A DNA stretch of 63,562 nt, counting the filler. It is 4 parts of 4 records of this genome, joined end to end, with 100 filler letters (N's around TTAATTAATTAA, not from the genome) between each part and the next. Parts side by side here need not be neighbours in the genome. Positions count along the whole stretch, not along the records: positions 57,471 to 63,562 come from DRR723986_5814; 3 more parts are not named here. One strand, written 5' to 3'. The notes below the pieces were generated by a model, which had not been told where the DNA came from, searched no databases, and saw only the letters and a program-made list of their open reading frames with translations. Shown piece after piece: positions 58,253 to 63,562 of this stretch (the first letter of the stretch is position 1; the number at the start of each line of letters is the position of its first letter). A program made the position numbers and the translations under genes.

Positions 58253-59808
58253 GCACCACAACCGAACCCACCCCCGCCCGGCGCCAGGGGCGCCGGCGTG
58301 GCGCGGGCCATGGCCCCAGCACCGATCAGCCCCCGCGCAGCGCAACCTATCGCCAGTTGCGCAACCCCTTTACGCTGATGTCGGTCTTTTCCGATGACGA
58401 GGCGGCCAACATGCACGAAACCGCCTTGCGCACCCTGGAAGAGTTAGGGATGCGCGTGCTGCTGCCAGAGGCGCGCAAGATCTACGCCGCCGCAGGCGCG
58501 CGTGTGGTGGATGATATGGTCTATATCGGGCGCGAGATTGTCGCCGCAGCCTTGGCCTGCGCGCCGCGCAAAATCCATTGCCATGCGGGCAACCCCGCAC
58601 GCGATGTGGTGCTGGAATTGGGCGGGCTGGCCTTTCAGCCGGGCGCAGGCGCGCCCAATGCCACTGATCTGGTGCGCGGCCGCCGCCCCGGCTCGGCCCG
58701 GGATTTCATCGAATACACCCGGCTGGGCCAGCATTTCGATGTGTTCCACATGATGTCGCCCTCGGTCGAGCCGCAAGATGTGCCCACCCACTTGCGCCAC
58801 TATTTCACCACCGCCACGCAGATGGAGCATAGCGATAAATTCCCCTTTCTCTTTGCGCGCGGCACGCCCCAGACCTTAGACAATTTCGAGATGCTGAAAA
58901 TCGCGCGCGGCCTGTCAGACGAGGCATTTGCCGCAGGCGCGCACAGCTACACGATCATCAACACCAATTCCCCCCGCTGCCTGGATATTCCCATGGCGCA
59001 GGGGCTGATCGATTTTGCCCGCGCAGGCCAGCTGTCGATCGTCACCCCCTTTACGCTGATGGGCGCGATGGCCCCCATCACCGTGGCGGGCGCAATCACC
59101 CTTAGCCACGCCGAATGTTTGGCGGCCATCACCCTCACCCAATTGGCCCGCCCCGGCGCGCCGGTGTGCTACGGCACATTCACCTCGAATGTTGATATGA
59201 AATCGGGCGCCCCTGCCTTTGGCACGCCTGCGCATTTTCAGGCCTCGCTGGCCGCAGGGCAAATGGCGCGGCTGTTGGGCCTGCCATGGCGCAGCGCGGC
59301 GGGCAGTGCCGCCAACAGCAACGATGTGCAGGCCGCCAACGAAAACCAGCTGGGCCTGTGGGGCTGCCTGCTGGCCGGGGCCACGGTGATTATCCATTCC
59401 GCCGGCTGGCTCGAGGGGGGGCTATCGGTGAGCTATGAAAAAATCGTCACCGATGTCGAGGTGCTGAACATGGTGGCCGAGCTTTGCGCCGGCAAAAAAG
59501 CGGGCGAAGACGAGATCGGCTTTGCCAATGCCCTGACGCATGTGCTGCCCACGGGGCATTTCTTTTCCGCGCCCCAAACCATGCAGCGCTATGACCGCGA
59601 ATTTTATCAGCCCATCGTGCATGATTACGCCAATTTCGGCACCTGGACAGATCGCGGCGCCCGCGACACCACCACCCGCGCCACAGATGTATGGCAGGCC
59701 ATTTTGGCCCAGCCCAGCCCCCCAATGACCGCCCCCGACCGCATGCAGGCGCTACACGCCTTCATAGAAAAACGCAGCGCCGCCGGTGGTGCCCCACCCG
59801 AAAGCTAA
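58249..59808 (+). CDS. Trimethylamine methyltransferase (MttB) superfamily, non-pyrrolysine
   Basis: INTNSP, PFTLMGAMAPIT, VDMKSGAPAFGTP, HSAGWLEGG; no in-frame TAG. Confidence 0.92.
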   Translation: MSTTTEPTPARRQGRRRGAGHGPSTDQPPRSATYRQLRNPFTLMSVFSDDEAANMHETALRTLEELGMRVLLPEARKIYAAAGARVVDDMVYIGREIVAAALACAPRKIHCHAGNPARDVVLELGGLAFQPGAGAPNATDLVRGRRPGSARDFIEYTRLGQHFDVFHMMSPSVEPQDVPTHLRHYFTTATQMEHSDKFPFLFARGTPQTLDNFEMLKIARGLSDEAFAAGAHSYTIINTNSPRCLDIPMAQGLIDFARAGQLSIVTPFTLMGAMAPITVAGAITLSHAECLAAITLTQLARPGAPVCYGTFTSNVDMKSGAPAFGTPAHFQASLAAGQMARLLGLPWRSAAGSAANSNDVQAANENQLGLWGCLLAGATVIIHSAGWLEGGLSVSYEKIVTDVEVLNMVAELCAGKKAGEDEIGFANALTHVLPTGHFFSAPQTMQRYDREFYQPIVHDYANFGTWTDRGARDTTTRATDVWQAILAQPSPPMTAPDRMQALHAFIEKRSAAGGAPPES

Positions 59809-59818
59809 GGCCGATCAC

Positions 59819-60481
59819 ATGACAAATGCCCCCTCCACCCCCCAGCCCGCGGCCGATGCAACCGGCAGCGCCCATATCAAAGCCACCCGCGAAGATTGGC
59901 TGCGGGTGGCGATGGATGTGCTGGTGTCAGATGGCATGTCCGAGGTTAAAGTGCTAACCATCAGCCAGCGCCTGGATGTATCACGCTCGTCTTTTTATTG
60001 GTATTTCAAAAGCCGCAAAGACCTGATGAACCAGTTGCTGGCGGAATGGGAAAAAACCAATACTGGCATCATGGTGGCCGCGGCCCAAACCCCCGCCCCC
60101 ACCATTACCGCCGCGTTGAATGCGGTGTTCAAATGCATCATCGACCCGGATGGGTTTAACCACCCATTGGATTTTGCCGTGCGAGAATGGGCGCGGCGCG
60201 ATGGCACGGTGCGCCGCATTGTCGATCGCTCAGACACGGCGCGCACCGATGCGCTGGCGCAGATGTTTCAGCGCTACGGCTATGCCCCAGACGAGGCCGA
60301 TATCCGCGCCCGTGTGCTTTATTACCAACAAATCGGCTATTACGCCCTGGATCTGAACGAAACCATAGAAGAGCGTTTGGCCCGCGCCCGGCTGTATCTT
60401 TACGCCTTTACCGGCGTCTATCCCAGCGCCGAGGAAATTGACGAATTTTGCACCTTTGCACGGCAGGTGGCCACGCCATGA
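59819..60481 (+). CDS. TetR/AcrR family regulator
   Basis: TREDWL, LDVSRSSFYWYFKSRKDL. Start placed at ATG 59819. Confidence 0.92.
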   Translation: MTNAPSTPQPAADATGSAHIKATREDWLRVAMDVLVSDGMSEVKVLTISQRLDVSRSSFYWYFKSRKDLMNQLLAEWEKTNTGIMVAAAQTPAPTITAALNAVFKCIIDPDGFNHPLDFAVREWARRDGTVRRIVDRSDTARTDALAQMFQRYGYAPDEADIRARVLYYQQIGYYALDLNETIEERLARARLYLYAFTGVYPSAEEIDEFCTFARQVATP

Positions 60482-61731
60482 CGCGCTATTCTGCCCTATC
60501 GCTCTTGTCTCAGGGGGTGCGCGGCCACCGCGGCTGGCGCCCCGCTTGGGCCAAAACCCGCAGGCCCAAACCCGCCTATGATGCGGTGATCGTGGGCGGC
60601 GGCGGGCATGGGCTGGCCACGGCCTATTATCTGGCCAAAACCCATGGGTTGTCACGGGTGGCGGTGCTGGAAAAGGGCTGGATCGGCGGCGGCAACACCG
60701 GGCGCAATACCACCGCTGTGCGCTCAAACTATTTCTACCCCGAAAGCGTGGCGCTTTATGATCTGGCCCTGCGCCTCTACGAGGGGCTATCAAAAGAGCT
60801 GAACTTTAACATCATGCTGTCCCAGCGCGGCATGTTGATTGCCGCCCATACCCCCGCCCAGATGGAGATCTGCGCCCGCATCGCCAATGCCATGCAGCTA
60901 AATGGCGTGGATGGCCACCTAATGACCGCAGCCGAGGCCAAGGCCCGCATTCCCCTGCTCAATCAAACCCGCGATGCGCGGTTTGCCCTGATGGGCGGGG
61001 TCTGGCAGGGCCGTGCGGGGGTGGCGCGCCACGATGCGGTGGCCTGGGGCTATGCGCGCGCCGCCAGTGCCTTGGGCGTTGATATCATCGAAAACTGCAC
61101 CGTGACCGGCATTGAAACACAGGCCGGCGCGATCTGTGGGGTGCACACAAACCTGGGCCCGATCCGCACCGGGCGGCTGGGCCTGGCCGCGGCGGGCGCC
61201 ACACCGGGGCTGGCGGCCATGGTTGGGGCATCGCTGCCCATTCATACCTATGCGCTGCAGGCCTTTGTATCGGAACCCGTCAAGCCTATGCTGGACACGG
61301 TTTTGCTCTATCTGGGCACCGGCACCTATGTCAGCCAATCCGACAAGGGCGAGCTGGTTTTCGGCGGCGGGCTAGACCGCGTGCCCACCCATGGCCAACG
61401 CGGCAACCTGCCCACGCAAGAAACCGTTGTATCGGGCCTGCTGGAAATGTTTCCCACCTTTGCCCAGCTGAAATTGCTGCGCCAATGGGCGGGGGTTGTG
61501 GATGTGGTTCCAGACAGCTCGCCGGTGATTGGGCCGCTGGGGCCAAAGGGCATGTTTGTCAATTGCGGCTGGGGCACCGGCGGGTTCAAGGCCATTCCCG
61601 CGGGCGGCTGGCTGTTGGCGCATCTTTTGGCCACGGGCACCCATCACGCCATCAGCCGCCCCTTTGACATCGACCGCTTTATCACGGGGCGGCTGATAGA
61701 CGAGGCCGCCGGCTCGGGCATCGCGCATTAG
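60478..61731 (+). CDS. soxB: Sarcosine oxidase subunit beta family
   Basis: GGGGHGLATAYYLA, GGNTGRNT, RHDAVAWGYAR, GWGTGGFKA. ATGA overlap with TetR. Confidence 0.92.
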   Translation: MTRYSALSLLSQGVRGHRGWRPAWAKTRRPKPAYDAVIVGGGGHGLATAYYLAKTHGLSRVAVLEKGWIGGGNTGRNTTAVRSNYFYPESVALYDLALRLYEGLSKELNFNIMLSQRGMLIAAHTPAQMEICARIANAMQLNGVDGHLMTAAEAKARIPLLNQTRDARFALMGGVWQGRAGVARHDAVAWGYARAASALGVDIIENCTVTGIETQAGAICGVHTNLGPIRTGRLGLAAAGATPGLAAMVGASLPIHTYALQAFVSEPVKPMLDTVLLYLGTGTYVSQSDKGELVFGGGLDRVPTHGQRGNLPTQETVVSGLLEMFPTFAQLKLLRQWAGVVDVVPDSSPVIGPLGPKGMFVNCGWGTGGFKAIPAGGWLLAHLLATGTHHAISRPFDIDRFITGRLIDEAAGSGIAH

Positions 61732-61745
61732 ACGGAGGCAAGCCC

Positions 61746-62015
61746 ATGCAACAATTCCCCTGCCCCTTTTGCGGCCTGCGTGACGAAACCGAATTTCACT
61801 TTGCCGCCGAGGCCGGCAAACCACGCCCCGAACCGGCAGCACATGTCAGCGCCGACCGCTGGGCGGCCTATCTCTATCTCAGCGCCGCCCCAAAGGGCCT
61901 CGCGCATGAAATCTGGGTGCATCGCAGCTGCGGCGAATTTTTCCTGATGACACGCAACACCGAAACCCGGGCGGTTTTGGCCACACAGGCGCTGCCGGGA
62001 AGGGCGGGCGAATGA
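61746..62015 (+). CDS. soxD: Sarcosine oxidase subunit delta
   Basis: CPFCGLRDETEF, EIWVHRSCGEF, RNT. Confidence 0.92.
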   Translation: MQQFPCPFCGLRDETEFHFAAEAGKPRPEPAAHVSADRWAAYLYLSAAPKGLAHEIWVHRSCGEFFLMTRNTETRAVLATQALPGRAGE

Positions 62016-63562
62016 GCGGATGGCGCCACCCCAGCATGGGGCACATGATCGATCGCACCCACCCGATCAGCTTTTCCTTCGATGGCACACCCCTGCAGGG
62101 CTTTCAGGGCGACAGCGTGGCCTCGGCGCTGTTGGCCGCAGGGCCGCGCTTGCTGGGGCGCAGTTTCAAATATCACCGCCCCCGCGGGCTGTGGGGCATG
62201 GGTGGGGAAGAACCAAACGCCATCTTTGATGTGCAAGACCAGGGGCTTGGCTGCCCAAACCAACGCGCCACCACCCTGCCCTTGCACGCAGGCATGGCGC
62301 TGCGATCGGTCAACACTCGCCCCAACGCGCAGGGCGATTGGCTGGGGGTGATGGATTGGGCACAGCGGTTTTTGCCAGCCGGGTTTTACTATAAAACCTT
62401 CATGGCCCTCGGCTGGATGCGCTGGGAACCCATGATCCGGCGCATGGCAGGCCTGGGCCGGCTCGACCCCGCCCATATGCCCGCCGCCACAACGCCTGCC
62501 TTGAACGCGCTGTGCGATCTGTTGGTCATTGGCGCAGGCCCTGCGGGGCTGGCCGCGGCCAAAGCCGCCGCAGATCAGGGCCGCGTGGTATGGCTGCTCG
62601 ACGAGGCCACAGCCCTGGGCGGCAGCCTGCGCTGGCGCGGTGGCGAGATCAATGGCGCGCCTTGGGCCGAATTTGCCAGCGCCACCGAAACCGCGGTGCT
62701 GCAGGCCGGTGGCCGCGTGCTGACAGATACCACGCTTTGGGGCGCCTTTGACCATGGCAGCTATGCCGCCTGGCAACGCCGCCCCGATGGCCCCGACCGC
62801 CATTGGCGGCTGCGCGCCCAGCAGGTCATTCTGGCCGCAGGCGCGATCGAGCGGCCCATGTGGTTTGCCAATAACGATCTGCCCGGCATCTTATCGGCCG
62901 AGGCCGCGCTGCACTATCTGGTGCTGTATGGTGCCGTGGCCGGGCGGCGCATTTTGCTGGCCACTGGCAATGATGCCAGCTACCCGGTTGCCGCAGCCCT
63001 GGCGCAGGCCGGCGCGCAGGTGATCTTGGCCGATACGCGCCAGCAAACGCCCCCCGCCCCCCAAGGGGTGTGCCACATGCGCAGCGCCACGCTAAGCCGT
63101 GCCCATGGCAACCGCGCGGTGGGGGCTGCCACCGTTGATGGGCACTATATCGACGCTGATACGATTTTGGTGTCGGGGGGGTATACGCCCTCGGTGCATC
63201 TGCATTGCCAGGCCGGTGGCAAGCTGGATTGGGCCGCCGCCTGCGACGCGCTTGTGCCGCGCCCGGGCACGGCGCCCATGGCCACCGTTGGCGCCGCAAA
63301 TGGCGCCTTTGGGCTGGCGCTGGCGCTGGCCCAGGGCCACGCTGCCGCACAGGGCACAGGCCCCGCCCCCCGAGCCACCGCACCGGCCTGGGGGCTGGCC
63401 GCCATCCGCCCCAATCCACAGCTGCGCGGGCGGCAATGGATCGACCCGCAAAATGACGTGACATTGAAAGACGTGAAACTGGCCGCGCAAGAGGGCTACA
63501 GCGCGGTTGAACACCTAAAACGCTACACCACCCTTGGCATGGCCACCGATCAGGGCCGCAGC
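62012..63562 (+). CDS. soxA: Sarcosine oxidase subunit alpha (runs off the window)
   Basis: Not in the ORF track. From ATG 62012: FSFDG..QGFQGDSVASALLA, RSFKYHRPRG, GFYYKTF, IGAGPAGL, and at the window end QNDVT...EHLKRYTTLGMATDQG. Confidence 0.93.
   Translation, partial: MSGWRHPSMGHMIDRTHPISFSFDGTPLQGFQGDSVASALLAAGPRLLGRSFKYHRPRGLWGMGGEEPNAIFDVQDQGLGCPNQRATTLPLHAGMALRSVNTRPNAQGDWLGVMDWAQRFLPAGFYYKTFMALGWMRWEPMIRRMAGLGRLDPAHMPAATTPALNALCDLLVIGAGPAGLAAAKAAADQGRVVWLLDEATALGGSLRWRGGEINGAPWAEFASATETAVLQAGGRVLTDTTLWGAFDHGSYAAWQRRPDGPDRHWRLRAQQVILAAGAIERPMWFANNDLPGILSAEAALHYLVLYGAVAGRRILLATGNDASYPVAAALAQAGAQVILADTRQQTPPAPQGVCHMRSATLSRAHGNRAVGAATVDGHYIDADTILVSGGYTPSVHLHCQAGGKLDWAAACDALVPRPGTAPMATVGAANGAFGLALALAQGHAAAQGTGPAPRATAPAWGLAAIRPNPQLRGRQWIDPQNDVTLKDVKLAAQEGYSAVEHLKRYTTLGMATDQGRS

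Noticed and set aside
58249-59808. Pyrrolysine recoding in the MttB-family gene
   Set aside because: The ORF is uninterrupted, with no in-frame TAG and no pyl genes.
61874-63514. Long minus-strand and alternate-frame ORFs (e.g. 61874-62803, 62826-63464)
   Set aside because: GC-rich shadow ORFs of soxD/soxA; the real soxA frame starts at 62012.

Overview
The window is not one locus. It holds four unrelated contigs joined by artificial N-spacers carrying a TTAATTAATTAA linker (7751-7850, 34088-34187, 57371-57470). (1) 1-7750 looks like Rhodobacteraceae: dctP-dctD-dctB, a cytochrome P450, an Lrp regulator, cysG/cobA, DUF2849 and a sulfite reductase. (2) 7851-34087 is an accessory-rich contig, probably from a Bacteroidota/Kapabacteria/Ignavibacteria-like organism (inferred from a T9SS-type tail and the gene families). 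It repeats one module three times: a ~510-540 aa helical TPR-like protein transcribed divergently from 1-2 small uncharacterised beta-rich proteins (apparently one paralogous family), followed by a Cys-nucleophile C-N hydrolase. The hydrolase is a PAD-like pentein in two modules and an Ntn choloylglycine-hydrolase-family enzyme in the third. This is the best candidate for an undescribed system. The contig also has duplicated ankyrin genes, duplicated small membrane proteins, a dispersed ~110-140 bp intergenic repeat and an ECF sigma/anti-sigma pair whose partner ends in a T9SS-like tail. (3) 34188-57370 is Cyclobacteriaceae (Algoriphagus)-like housekeeping DNA: an M14 peptidase pair, UspA, an antiporter, hemH, purM, acyl-CoA dehydrogenase, a sulfatase, atpG/atpA, REP-like repeats and a 21-bp periodic array. 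(4) 57471-63562 is a high-GC Rhodobacteraceae-like methylated-amine catabolism cluster (GcvT family, non-pyrrolysine MttB family, TetR, sarcosine oxidase soxB/D/A). All calls come from motif recognition by eye; no searches were run.
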